DNA from: Planctomycetota bacterium
Lineage (GTDB): Bacteria > Planctomycetota > B15-G4
DNA length: 64,000 bases
NCBI GenBank assembly: GCA_038212275.1
Contig: JBBQUR010000014.1
Coordinates: 73,533-137,532, forward strand
Direction of reading: 5' to 3'
Each line of letters starts with the position of its first letter. Position 1 is the stretch's first letter. A program made the position numbers and the translations under genes. Shown in pieces: positions 37,701 to 47,831 of this stretch. The notes below the pieces were generated by a model. The model did no database searches. It saw nothing but the letters and a program-made list of their open reading frames with translations, and was not told the origin of the DNA.

Positions 37701-40526
37701 CACGGAAGCCAGCGCGCGCCCGGTGTGCGAGGCCTCCACCGCGAGCACCTGCTCCGGCGTGCCCACGGCCACGATGTGGCCGCCATCGCGGCCGCCCTCG
37801 GGGCCGAGATCCACGATCCAGTCCGCCACCTTCATCACGTCGAGGTTGTGCTCGACGACGATCATCGAGTTGCCGGCGTCGATGAGCCTCTGCAGCGCGG
37901 ACAGCAGCACGGCGACATCCTCGAAGTGCAGGCCCGTCGTCGGCTCGTCGAGGATGTAGAGCGTGCGCCCGGTGCTCGGCCGCGCGAGTTCGCTGGCCAG
38001 CTTCATGCGCTGCGCCTCGCCGCCGGACAGCGTCGTGGACGGCTGCCCGAGCTGCACGTAGCCGAGGCCGACGTCGAGCAGGGCGTCGAGGACGCGCCGG
38101 ATGCGCTTGTGATGCTCGAAGAAGGCGGCCGCCTCGGTGACGGTCATCGCCAGCACGTGGTCGATCGCCCGGCCGCGGTACAGGACCTCCAGCGTCTCGG
38201 TGTTGTAGCGGCGCCCCAGGCACTGCTCGCACGGCACCTCGACGTCCGCGAGGAACTGCATCTCGATGGTGTTCACGCCCGCGCCCTGGCAGGCCTCGCA
38301 GCGTCCGCCGGACACGTTGAACGAGAAGCGCCCCTTCGGATAGCCGCGCACCTGCGCTTCGGGCGTGCCGGCGAACACGTCGCGGATCAGGTCCATGAGG
38401 CCGGTGTAGGTGGCCGGGTTGCTGCGCGGCGTGCGGCCGATCGGCAGCTGGTCGATCTCCACGACCTTGTCGATGGCTTCGATGCCGGTCAGCGAGGAGA
38501 AGCTGCCCGGTGCGTCTTCCGCGTGGTGAAGCTTGCGCGCCAGCTCGCGCTTGAGCACGTGGTCCACCAGCGTGGACTTGCCCGAGCCCGACACCCCCGT
38601 GACCACCACGAGGCAGCCCAGCGGGAACTCGACGCTGATGTTCTTGAGGTTGAACTGATCCACGCCCGCGAGCGTCAGGAATTTGCCGTTGCCCGGGCGC
38701 CGCTGCGTCGGCACTTCGATGCGCCGGCGGCCGAGCAGGTAGTCGGTGGTCGGCGTGGGCGGACCGGCGAGCACATCGTCGATCGGGCCGCAGGCGAGCA
38801 CGTGGCCGCCGAGGCTGCCGGCGCCCGGCCCGAGATCCACGATGGAGTCGCTCGCGCGGATCGTCTCCTCGTCGTGTTCGACGACGAGCACCGTGTTGCC
38901 GCGATCGCGCAGCGCGTGCAGCGTGTCGATGAGCCGGCCATTGTCGCGCGGATGCAGGCCGATGGACGGTTCGTCGAGCACGTAGAGCACGCCCTGCAGG
39001 CCCGAGCCCACCTGGCTGGCCAGGCGCACGCGCTGGCTCTCGCCGCCCGAGAGCGAGCGTGCCTCGCGGTCGAGGCGCAGATACGGCAGCCCCACCGCCT
39101 GCAGAAAGCCGAGCCGGCTCCCGATCTCCTTGACGAGCTGGCGTCCGATGGCGGTCTCGCGCGGATTGAGTTCCAGCGCTGCGAACCACGCGACGGCATC
39201 CTCGACGGAAAGCGCGGCGAGCTCCGTGATGGGCACGTCGCGGAAAGTCACCGCGCGCGCCGCGGCATTCATGCGGCTGCCCTTGCACTCCGGACAGACG
39301 GCCGCGGAAAGAAAACGCTCCGCGGCCGCATGGCCGGGCGTGCTCGCTGCGCGTGCGATCGCGGGCAGGATGCCTTCGAAGGGCTTCGTGTCCTTGCCGC
39401 GCACCTCCTTGCCGCCGTCCTGCGACTTCCAGCTCCACTCGAGCGTGACCTCGCGCGTGCCCGATCCGTGCAGCAGCACGTGGCGCGCGCGCGCCGGCAG
39501 GTCCTTCCACGCCTTGTCCAGGTCGATGTCGAAGGCGGCGGCCACGGCCGCGAGGCTCTTCGGTCCCAGTCGCACGTAGCCGAGGTAGCCGCTGCGATCC
39601 ATGATCTTCAGCGCGCCGTTGCGGATGGACAGCCGGTCGTCGGCGATGAGCTTGTGCGCGTCGGGCTGCTGCGTGCTGCCGAGGCCGTCGCAGTCGGGAC
39701 ACGCGCCGTGAGGCGAGTTGAACGAGAACAGCCGGGGTTCCAGCTCCGGGAAGTCGCCGTGGCCGTCGGGGCAGGTGTTGGCGGTGGAGAAAGTCTCCGC
39801 GCTGCCGTCGTCGCCGCGCACGACCAGGAAGCCGTCGCCCAGCACGGCGGCGGATTCGATGGCCTCGGCGAGGCGCGCGCGGCGCTCGAGGTCGGGCTTG
39901 AGGCGGTCCACGACGAGCTCGATCGTGTGGCGGCTGTTGCGGGCCAGTTCGATCGGTTCGTCGAGGCGGCGCTCGGTGCCGTCGATCCACGCGCGCGTGA
40001 AGCCCTTGAGCAGCCAGCCCTGAAGATCCTTGCGGTACTCGCCCTTGCGATCGCGCACCACCGGCGCCAGCACGGCGATGCGCCGGCCGGCGTGCTTATG
40101 GAGGACGGTGTCCACGATCTGGTCGAGCGTCTGGCCCGAGACGCGCGCACCGCACTCGGGACAGTGCGGCGTGCCGAGTCGCGCATAGAGCAGGCGCAGG
40201 TGATCCCACACCTCGGTGATGGTGCCCACGGTCGAGCGCGGGTTCCTGTTCACCGTCTTCTGGTCGATGAGCAGCGTCGGCGAGAGGCCGTCGATGCGGT
40301 CGACCTTGGGCTTCTCCATGCGCCCGAGGAACTGCCGCGCGTAGGACGAGAGGCTCTCGACGTAGCGGCGCTGGCCCTCCTGGTAGATCGTGTCGAAGGC
40401 GAGACTGCTCTTGCCCGACCCGGACACGCCGGTGATGGTCGTGAGCGCGAGGCGCGGGATGGTCACGTCCACGTGCTGCAGGTTGTGCTCGCTCGCGCCG
40501 CGCACGACGATGTCGTTGAGCGTCAT
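34707..40526 (-). CDS. uvrA: Excinuclease ABC subunit A, tandem-duplicated (about 1939 aa, four ABC ATPase modules)
   Basis: Four Walker A motifs (GVSGSGKSS, GVSGSGKST, GPSGSGKTS, GVSGSGKSS), four LSGGE, FSFNS..GAC..C.GLG twice, zinc fingers. Confidence 0.97.
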   Translation of the reverse strand: MTLNDIVVRGASEHNLQHVDVTIPRLALTTITGVSGSGKSSLAFDTIYQEGQRRYVESLSSYARQFLGRMEKPKVDRIDGLSPTLLIDQKTVNRNPRSTVGTITEVWDHLRLLYARLGTPHCPECGARVSGQTLDQIVDTVLHKHAGRRIAVLAPVVRDRKGEYRKDLQGWLLKGFTRAWIDGTERRLDEPIELARNSRHTIELVVDRLKPDLERRARLAEAIESAAVLGDGFLVVRGDDGSAETFSTANTCPDGHGDFPELEPRLFSFNSPHGACPDCDGLGSTQQPDAHKLIADDRLSIRNGALKIMDRSGYLGYVRLGPKSLAAVAAAFDIDLDKAWKDLPARARHVLLHGSGTREVTLEWSWKSQDGGKEVRGKDTKPFEGILPAIARAASTPGHAAAERFLSAAVCPECKGSRMNAAARAVTFRDVPITELAALSVEDAVAWFAALELNPRETAIGRQLVKEIGSRLGFLQAVGLPYLRLDREARSLSGGESQRVRLASQVGSGLQGVLYVLDEPSIGLHPRDNGRLIDTLHALRDRGNTVLVVEHDEETIRASDSIVDLGPGAGSLGGHVLACGPIDDVLAGPPTPTTDYLLGRRRIEVPTQRRPGNGKFLTLAGVDQFNLKNISVEFPLGCLVVVTGVSGSGKSTLVDHVLKRELARKLHHAEDAPGSFSSLTGIEAIDKVVEIDQLPIGRTPRSNPATYTGLMDLIRDVFAGTPEAQVRGYPKGRFSFNVSGGRCEACQGAGVNTIEMQFLADVEVPCEQCLGRRYNTETLEVLYRGRAIDHVLAMTVTEAAAFFEHHKRIRRVLDALLDVGLGYVQLGQPSTTLSGGEAQRMKLASELARPSTGRTLYILDEPTTGLHFEDVAVLLSALQRLIDAGNSMIVVEHNLDVMKVADWIVDLGPEGGRDGGHIVAVGTPEQVLAVEASHTGRALASVLLPRKASIRPKRKSPEAAVVGHDLVVRGASLHNLQSVDVTVPHGKLTVVTGPSGSGKTSLAFDTIFAEGQRRFVESLSTYARRFLERMDRPPVDSIDGLAPAIAIDQKTSTRNPRSTVATTTEVHDYLRLLFGRVGHPHCWTCGRELKAWSASAAAADLVARAGGAKVVIAAPLWSAEHNHRTALTRPDEIAALSAELRKDGFVRARLDGVEVRLDALPEVSAQRSVELIIDRTSADAAHRARLAEALASAQQRGLGLARAHLADGSTIDYEARAACARCGTALEGELSPRMFSFNSHAGACETCEGLGSKQVADEKRLIDSPGRPLFGGAMNSRVGKFLARPDSLQRQVLVRLAESMDVELRDPWKSLPAKFRAAALRGTGVRAPVEVSYARKSAGQSRSYEYRVEWDGLLTTVEGWWRSAGNDGWWQAALTELLHVGPCPSCKGGRLRPAALATTVGGLNIRQVAELTVGDARAWFDALDLPAHERHIAVDVLREIGNRLGFLVNVGLNYLSLDRPASTLSGGEAQRIRLASQLGNRLVGVLYVLDEPSIGLHPRDQGRLLDTLRELRDLGNTILVVEHDQQTIEAADHVIDVGPGAGTRGGRIVAQGTPSALLSNPDSVTGGWLSGALRVEPRARREPGAQGIELRGARLHNLAGLDVRFPAGLFTVVTGVSGSGKSSLVSGLLVPAVRAQLEGLGEGAIKLDGIDGASCFDRLLEIDQSPLGRSPTSNAATYCGAFDDIRALFASTPEARMRGFLAGRFSSNVAGGRCETCQGRGVEIIEMHFLSDVQLPCESCNGRRFNRQTLEVRWKGLSIADVLDLEVDQALGVFEGHTGIHRKLALFDEVGLGYLKLGQPATTLSGGEAQRVKLAAELGRPGTGRALIVLDEPTTGLHMSDVARLLVVLQRMVEQGNTVVVIEHNIDVIKSADWVIDLGPEGGAGGGQLVVAGSPETVAACAQSHTGRFLRAAPVLPGGVDAAAGLGKGRPRGRRGART

Positions 40527-41347
40527 GACGGCGTCCCCTGCGCGGGGGATCCGGCGGGCTGCCGGCCCGCGAGCACCGCGAGGATGTCCGCGTGCAGGCC
40601 GGGTCCGCAGGCCACGGCCGAGCGACCGTGCAACCAGTCGTCGCCACCGGTCATGTCGGTCACGAGGCCGCCGGCCTCGCGCACGAGCAGCGCTCCCGCC
40701 GCGACGTCCCAGGGCGAAAGGTGCGGCTCCCACAGGCCATCGAGCCGACCCGCGGCCACGTAGGCCAGGTCCAGCGCCGCGCTGCCGCAACGGCGCATGC
40801 CGCGCACGCGCAGCACCATGTCGGCGAAGTGCCCCACGTTGTTGTCGGCCAGTTCGCGGCGCTTGTAGGCGAAGCCCGTCGCGAGCACGCTCTCGATGAG
40901 CGTGCTCTTGCGCGAGACCGCGAGGCGACGGCCGTCCAGAGTCGCGCCAAGGCCTGCTGCCGCCGCGAAGGTCTCACGCAGGCGCGGCGCGTGGACGACC
41001 GCGGCCAACGGACGCGGCCCGTCGTAGCAGGCGATGGAGACCGCGAAGAAGGGGTGCGCCTGGCTGAAGTTCACCGTGCCGTCGAGCGGGTCGATGTACC
41101 AGGTCGGGCCGGCGAGCGCCGTGTCGTGCACTTCCTCCTCGGCGCAGATCGCGTGACCGGGCCAGCGGGCCCGCACGCGCTCCACGATGAGCCGCTCGGA
41201 CGCGACGTCCGCGTCGGTCACGGGATCGATCGCGCCCTTCATCCGCGGCGGCCGCGGAAAGGGAGCGTCGTGCGCCAGGAGCACCTCGCCCGCGGCGTGC
41301 GCCGTGTCGACGGCAAAGGCGAGAAGGGCTGCAGGATCGAGGCTCAC
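40523..41347 (-). CDS. suhB: Inositol monophosphatase family protein
   Basis: DPVTDAD, AEE, W.IDPLDGT.NF, RRCGSAALDL..VA.G, WDVAAG. Confidence 0.92.
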   Translation of the reverse strand: MSLDPAALLAFAVDTAHAAGEVLLAHDAPFPRPPRMKGAIDPVTDADVASERLIVERVRARWPGHAICAEEEVHDTALAGPTWYIDPLDGTVNFSQAHPFFAVSIACYDGPRPLAAVVHAPRLRETFAAAAGLGATLDGRRLAVSRKSTLIESVLATGFAYKRRELADNNVGHFADMVLRVRGMRRCGSAALDLAYVAAGRLDGLWEPHLSPWDVAAGALLVREAGGLVTDMTGGDDWLHGRSAVACGPGLHADILAVLAGRQPAGSPAQGTPS

Positions 41348-41354
41348 GGCGGTC

Positions 41355-42776
41355 TCAGGATCGATCGAAGAGGGCGCGACAGATCGAATCCTGGATCGCC
41401 TTCATCTGTCCGTTGTCGTACTTCGACTGGTAGTCGTTGATGAGGATGGAGAACGCATAGGTGCGTCCCGAGCGCGAACGCACATAGCCCGAAAGCGTCG
41501 ACACGCCATGGATGAAGCCGGTCTTTGCGCGGACCGCACCTCGGTAGGGTTCGTCGGTGAGGCGATTTTCGAGCGATCCGTCGCTGCCCGAGACGGGCAG
41601 CGCGCGCAGGTAGGTGTCGCGCACCGCCGCCGGCGCGTGCTCCATCGCCACCAGCGTGTCGGTGAGCAGCCGGGCCGTGACGCGATTGCCCGGCGAGAGT
41701 CCCGAGCCATCGCGCAGCACGACGCCCCCGAGCGGCGTGCCCACCTGCCGCGCCAGGAAGTCAGCCACCGCCGCCGTGCCGCTGGCGAACGAACCGACCT
41801 GACCGCCGCGCGCCCCGAGCAACTTCACCAGATGATCGCTGATCGAGTTGTCGCTTTCCTTGAGCGCGACCACGACCGCGTTGCCCAGCGGCGTCTCGAG
41901 CGACTGCAGCTGCACCGGATCCCGCAGCGCGGCCGCCGCGCCAGGACCGAAGGCCAGCCCGCCATCGATGACCAGGCCGCGTGCAGCCGCCTGCGCCAGC
42001 AGGCAACGCCCGGCGAAGTCCGACGGGTCATGCACCGGCACGCCGAAGTTGCGCAGACCCACGGAGCGCCCGATCTCGCCTTGCACGCGCACGACGCCCT
42101 GCTCGTCGGGAATCACCGCTCCGACCTTGCACAAGGTCGACTTGTCGGCGAGACGCAGCTCGTTGCGGATGCGGTACCCGCTCGCCTCCGTGATGAAGCG
42201 CACCGTCGGCGAGGCGCCGCCGTCCACCTGATATTCGAGCACGTTGCCGTGCAGCGACAGTGCCCCGATGGGAGCGCCGTACGTGGACTGCACGTCACCC
42301 GCCGGCCAGTCGGGGTGCACCCATTCGTGATCCATGAGACCGTCGTCGATGACCAGCCTGCCGGTGATGCGGCGCACGCCCGACAATTGCGCGAGATCGA
42401 TGAGCAGCGCGGCCGGATCCTTGACGCGTTCATGCGCCAGCAGGTCGGCGCGCAGGCACGGGTCACCGCCGCCGACGACGATGAGGTCGCCGTGCAGCAC
42501 CCCGTCCGCATCGGGGCGACTGGCGGCCACGAGGCGCGTCGTGAAGTGGTAGTCGGGTCCGAGCAGCGTGAGCGCGGCCGCCGTGGTGAGCAGCTTCATG
42601 TTGCTCGCCGGTGCCAGCGGCTCGTCGATGTGCCGCGCGAAGACGCGCTCTCCGGTGCTCGTGTCCACCACGGCGATCGCGACGTGGGCGCCCTTGAGCT
42701 CGGGCCGTCCGAGTGCCGCCTCGATGCTGTCTCCGGGAGCCGTCAGCGTGAGGCAGGTGAAGAGCAGCGCGAGCAT
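41355..42776 (-). CDS. dacB: D-alanyl-D-alanine carboxypeptidase/endopeptidase PBP4 (peptidase S13)
   Basis: PASNMK (SxxK), GGGDP, SDN (SxN), DGSGLS, AKTG. Confidence 0.94.
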   Translation of the reverse strand: MLALLFTCLTLTAPGDSIEAALGRPELKGAHVAIAVVDTSTGERVFARHIDEPLAPASNMKLLTTAAALTLLGPDYHFTTRLVAASRPDADGVLHGDLIVVGGGDPCLRADLLAHERVKDPAALLIDLAQLSGVRRITGRLVIDDGLMDHEWVHPDWPAGDVQSTYGAPIGALSLHGNVLEYQVDGGASPTVRFITEASGYRIRNELRLADKSTLCKVGAVIPDEQGVVRVQGEIGRSVGLRNFGVPVHDPSDFAGRCLLAQAAARGLVIDGGLAFGPGAAAALRDPVQLQSLETPLGNAVVVALKESDNSISDHLVKLLGARGGQVGSFASGTAAVADFLARQVGTPLGGVVLRDGSGLSPGNRVTARLLTDTLVAMEHAPAAVRDTYLRALPVSGSDGSLENRLTDEPYRGAVRAKTGFIHGVSTLSGYVRSRSGRTYAFSILINDYQSKYDNGQMKAIQDSICRALFDRS

Positions 42777-42832
42777 CGAACGTGTCCCCTGGCCGGAGGC
42801 GGGTCAATCGGCGAGCAGTGCCGGACGGCCCT

Positions 42833-43624
42833 TCAGCGGACCAGCGGCACGATCAGGCCATCTTCTGCCAGTGTCAGCCGTCCTTCAAATGCTGTCCGTG
42901 CCTGAAGCTCGATCGGTTCGGACAGAACCGGAGGGTAGAAGTGCGTGAGCAGCAGGTGCCGAGCGCCGCAGGCCCGCGCCACCCGCCCCGCCCGGGTGGG
43001 CGTCAGGTGCCCGTCGATCGGGCGATCGTCGGGCGCGGCGGCCTCAAGCACGAACAGGTCCGCCTCCCGTCCCAGAGCCTCCAGCGCCGCGCCCTCCGTG
43101 GCGTCCCCCGAGAAAGCGACGACAAGGCCGTCCGGCAGCGTGATCCGGTAGCCAAGCGAGCCGGCCGTGTGGGCGACCGCGAAGGCCTCCACGCGCGTGG
43201 CCGATGGCGAAGGCAGCGGCAGCGCCAGCGGCCCGGGGCCGACCGACCTGACGAGCAACTGGCGCTCGTCGAGTCCCAGCCGGCCGGGCCAGGCATTCCG
43301 CAGGCGCGACACGAGCAGTGCCACCGACGCATCACCCGCCACCACGAACGGATGCGGTCGCGACGCCAGCATCGGGTTGCGCAGCGCGAACTGCAGCGCG
43401 ACGAGGTCCGAGCAATGGTCCGGGTGCGTGTGCGTGATGAGGGCGGCATCCATGCTGTCCAGCGGATAACCGGCCTGCGCCGCGCGGTGCAGCGCGCCGG
43501 GCCCGAGGTCCACGAGCAGCACGAGGCCTGCGCCGTCGTCCACGAGGTAGCAACTCGTCGCGCGGTCGGCGCGTGGCAGCGCCGTGCCCGAGCCGAGGAC
43601 GATCAGCCGCGCCGTGCTGCCCAT
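42833..43624 (-). CDS. MBL-fold metallohydrolase (RNase Z/ElaC-like, short)
   Basis: LGSGTALP, DLGPG, THTHPDH, FSGD, GHLTP, LLLTHF. Confidence 0.88.
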   Translation of the reverse strand: MGSTARLIVLGSGTALPRADRATSCYLVDDGAGLVLLVDLGPGALHRAAQAGYPLDSMDAALITHTHPDHCSDLVALQFALRNPMLASRPHPFVVAGDASVALLVSRLRNAWPGRLGLDERQLLVRSVGPGPLALPLPSPSATRVEAFAVAHTAGSLGYRITLPDGLVVAFSGDATEGAALEALGREADLFVLEAAAPDDRPIDGHLTPTRAGRVARACGARHLLLTHFYPPVLSEPIELQARTAFEGRLTLAEDGLIVPLVR

Positions 43625-44559
43625 GCGTGCGCCACCATGGTGTCGATGTCGGTGAAGCGCGGCTGCCAGCGCAGTTCGCTGCGGGCACGCTCGGCGCGCG
43701 CGTAAAGCTCCGGCGGGTCGCCGGGCCGGCGCGGGCCGGTGCGCGTGGCCAGAGGCAGGCCCGTCACACGCCGCACGGCATCCAGCACCTCCTTCACCGA
43801 GAAGCCGCGGCCGTAGCCGAGGTTGGCCGTGAGCGACGGGCCGCCCGCGAGCAGCCGGTCCACGGCGAGCGCATGCGCCGCCGAGAGGTCCTCGACATGC
43901 ACGTAGTCGCGCACGCAGGTGCCGTCGGGCGTCGGATAGTCGTCGCCGTTGATGACGAGTTCGCTTCCGTCGCGCGCGGCAGCCAGCGCCAGCGGGATGA
44001 GATGGGTCTCGGGATCGTGCCGCTCCGCAAGCACGCCGTCGGCCGAGGCGCCTGCCGCATTGAAGTAGCGGAAGGTGACGTGCCGAAGCCCGGGCGCCGC
44101 CGCGATCTCGCGCTCCATGACGGACTTGGTCTCGCCGTAGACGTTGATCGGACGATGCGGCAGGTCCTCGTCCATGGGCAGCCGTTCGGGCATGCCGAAC
44201 ACGGCGCAGGTGGAGGAGAAGACGAGCTGTGAGCAGCCCGCCTCCGCCATGGCCGAGAGCAGCGAGCGCGTGCCGTCGCGATTGACGCGCCAGTAGAGCG
44301 CCGGATCCTCCATGGATTCGCCGACGTAGCAGCGCGCGGCGAAATGCAGCACACACTCGGCGTCATGTCGGCGCAGGCTGTCGGCCAGCAGGCGCGTGTC
44401 GAGGATGTCGCCCTGCACAAGCGGCACGTCGAGCAGTGCGTCCGCGTGTCCCTCGGAAAGGTCGTCGTAGGCGAGCACCGAGTGCCCCGCGCGCCGCAGT
44501 GCACGCACGACGTGACTGCCGATGTATCCCGCGCCGCCGGTCGCCAGCAATCTGCCCAC
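43603..44559 (-). CDS. galE: UDP-glucose 4-epimerase
   Basis: TGGAGYIGSH, HFAA...VGES, FSSTCA, YGETK, FRYFNAAGA, PETHLIP, DGTCVRDYVHV.DL. Confidence 0.93.
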   Translation of the reverse strand: MGRLLATGGAGYIGSHVVRALRRAGHSVLAYDDLSEGHADALLDVPLVQGDILDTRLLADSLRRHDAECVLHFAARCYVGESMEDPALYWRVNRDGTRSLLSAMAEAGCSQLVFSSTCAVFGMPERLPMDEDLPHRPINVYGETKSVMEREIAAAPGLRHVTFRYFNAAGASADGVLAERHDPETHLIPLALAAARDGSELVINGDDYPTPDGTCVRDYVHVEDLSAAHALAVDRLLAGGPSLTANLGYGRGFSVKEVLDAVRRVTGLPLATRTGPRRPGDPPELYARAERARSELRWQPRFTDIDTMVAHAWAARRG

Positions 44560-44754
44560 GAGCCGAGTCTAGCGGGCGCATCGCTCGCGGAAAACATTTC
44601 TCGCGGAGGTCCGAAGATCGGCCGCCGGCGACACGCCGATGCGTGCCGACAGCAGGCTCTTCCGCGCACGCTCATCGTGTACCATTGCCCCGCTTCCGGG
44701 CGCCTTTCACCGTGTGGCCCCGGCTCGTGACACGTCGCACCAGCGGAGACAACC

Positions 44755-45663
44755 ATGACCTCTTCCACCAGCGAAATACCCACGCTCGAAGGCCACCTCG
44801 ATGGCCTGCACCGGCTGCACAGCGGCAAGGTGCGGGACATCTTTGCCGTCGACGACCACCGCATGCTGCTCGTGGCCACGGACCGCGTGTCGGCCTACGA
44901 CGTTGTGCTCCCGCAGCGCATCGCCGACAAGGGCAAGGTGCTCACGAGCCTCAGCGCCTTCTGGTTCCGCGAGATCGGCACGCAGGTGCGCAATCACGTC
45001 ATCGAGACCGACGTGCACAAGATGCCGCCCGCCATCGCCCGCCACGCCGACCTGTTCGCCGGCCGCGCCATGCTGGTGCACAAGGCCGTGCCGATGAAGG
45101 CCGAATTCATCGTGCGCGGCTACCTCGTCGGGTCCGGCTGGACCGAGTACCAGAAGACGGGCTCGGTGTGCGGCCACGTGCTTCCCAAGGGTCTTGTCGA
45201 GGCCTCGCGCCTGCCCGAGCCGATTCTCACGCCCAGCACCAAGGCGCCGGCCGGTCATCACGACGAGAACATCACCATCCAGCAGCTGGCGCACATCGTC
45301 GGCGTGAAGGAGGCCAGCAAGGCCGGCGCGCTCGCGCTCGCGCTCTACAACCATGCGTCGGCCTACGCGGCCGAACGCGGCATCATCCTGGCCGACACCA
45401 AGCTCGAATTCGGCACCTTCAACGGCGAGGTCATGCTCATCGACGAAGTCTTCACGCCGGATTCCTCGCGCTACTGGGCGGCAAAGGACTGGAAGCCGGG
45501 CAAGACGCCTGCGAGCTACGACAAGCAGATCGTGCGCGACGCCCTGGTGGCCACCGGCTGGAACAAGCAGCCGCCCGCGCCCCTGCTCGCGCCCACCGTG
45601 CTGGAGCACGCCCGCAACCGCTACCTCGAAATTCACCGCCTGCTCACGGGACACGAACTCTGA
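44755..45663 (+). CDS. purC: SAICAR synthase
   Basis: SGKVRD, TDRVSAYD, E.IVRGY..GS, TPSTKA, ADTKLEFG, DEVFTPDSSR, DKQ. Confidence 0.97.
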   Translation: MTSSTSEIPTLEGHLDGLHRLHSGKVRDIFAVDDHRMLLVATDRVSAYDVVLPQRIADKGKVLTSLSAFWFREIGTQVRNHVIETDVHKMPPAIARHADLFAGRAMLVHKAVPMKAEFIVRGYLVGSGWTEYQKTGSVCGHVLPKGLVEASRLPEPILTPSTKAPAGHHDENITIQQLAHIVGVKEASKAGALALALYNHASAYAAERGIILADTKLEFGTFNGEVMLIDEVFTPDSSRYWAAKDWKPGKTPASYDKQIVRDALVATGWNKQPPAPLLAPTVLEHARNRYLEIHRLLTGHEL

Positions 45664-46172
45664 TGGCCATCCCCGATATCGTCTGGGTCCTCGGCAGCGA
45701 CAGCGACCTGCCCCACATCAGCGATGGGCTTGCCGCGCTCGCCGAACTCAACATCCTCACCGAAGTGCGCATCCTCTCGGCGCACCGCTCGCCCGATGCC
45801 GTGGATGAGCTGTCCCGCGGCGCACGCGCGCGCGGCGTCAAGGTGCTCATCGGCGTGGCGGGCGGCGCGGCGCACCTGCCGGGCGTGCTCGCGGCACGCA
45901 CCACGCTGCCGGTGATCGGCGTGCCCATCCCGACCGACATGGCGGGCGGCCTCGATTCGCTGCTGTCCATCGTGCAGATGCCTGCCGGCATCCCCGTGGC
46001 CACCGTGGCGGCGGGCAAGTCGGGCGGCCGCAATGCCGCACTGCTGGCGGCGCAGATCATCGGAGTCGCCGACGCACGCGTGGCGAAGGCGCTGGACTCG
46101 GCGCGCGCCGCGATGACGCAGAAAGTGCTTGCCCGCGACAAGGAAAAGGGTCTGCGCCTCGGCGCGGTCTGA
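45663..46172 (+). CDS. purE: N5-CAIR mutase
   Basis: GSDSD, SAHRSP, AGGAAHLPG, PVIGVP, GLDSLLSIVQMP.GIPVATV. Confidence 0.97.
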   Translation: MAIPDIVWVLGSDSDLPHISDGLAALAELNILTEVRILSAHRSPDAVDELSRGARARGVKVLIGVAGGAAHLPGVLAARTTLPVIGVPIPTDMAGGLDSLLSIVQMPAGIPVATVAAGKSGGRNAALLAAQIIGVADARVAKALDSARAAMTQKVLARDKEKGLRLGAV

Positions 46173-46180
46173 ACGCTTCG

Positions 46181-47296
<1,116 letters not shown>

Positions 47297-47328
47297 GGGC
47301 AGCTTCTTGCCCGAAGGAGTTTTTCGTC

Positions 47329-47631
47329 ATGGCCACTTCGCCTCGAAAGAGCAAGCGCGTTCCCGGAACGCCCCCCAGCGCACGCGCTGATTCCGAGACG
47401 GCATCCACGCGCACCTCGTCGCGCTCGGCCAAACGCCGCAGCCCGAAGGAGCCGCCCGCGGACCCCGAGGTCCTCGAAGTGGAGCGCGTCGAGTTCCTGC
47501 GCGCGATGGACCGCTACAAGCGCAAGACCGGCAAGACCTTCCCCAGCTGGACGGAAGTGCTCGACGTGCTGCGCTCCATCGGCTGGAGTTCGCCGGCGCG
47601 CTTCGACGGCACGAGACACACGACGGGTTGA
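47329..47631 (+). CDS. Small conserved hypothetical protein (planctomycete-type)
   Basis: AAGGAG RBS; basic disordered N-terminus, then EFLRAMDRYKRKTGKTFPSWTEVLDVLRSIGW. Confidence 0.75.
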   Translation: MATSPRKSKRVPGTPPSARADSETASTRTSSRSAKRRSPKEPPADPEVLEVERVEFLRAMDRYKRKTGKTFPSWTEVLDVLRSIGWSSPARFDGTRHTTG

Positions 47632-47701
47632 GCGGCGGTGCGACGGCTTTGTTTCGCGGTCTCACCGGGGGTGCTGACCGCGCTGGGGCCGAGGAAGATG
47701 T

Positions 47702-47831
47702 GAGTCGCTTGGGGCGGGGGGTGCGCGGGGCGGGAGGATTGTCCGGCGCTGCGCCCCTGGGGCAACAGGACGCGTCATGGTTCCGGGAGCGGCGCCCTTC
47801 GCGCCGGACAAACCTCCCGTCCCGCGCACGC
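47702..47831 (+). repeat. 130-bp palindromic (REP/MITE-end-like) element, copy 1
   Basis: Matches the reverse complement of 48443-48572 except at 4 positions; internal 29-bp stem 47721-47749 / 47801-47829. Confidence 0.88.

Noticed and set aside
34935-40763. 1942-aa plus-strand ORF
   Set aside because: Antisense shadow of uvrA caused by high GC3; no motifs. The same applies to 8224-11637, 56808-60344, 48965-52174 and most other overlapping track ORFs
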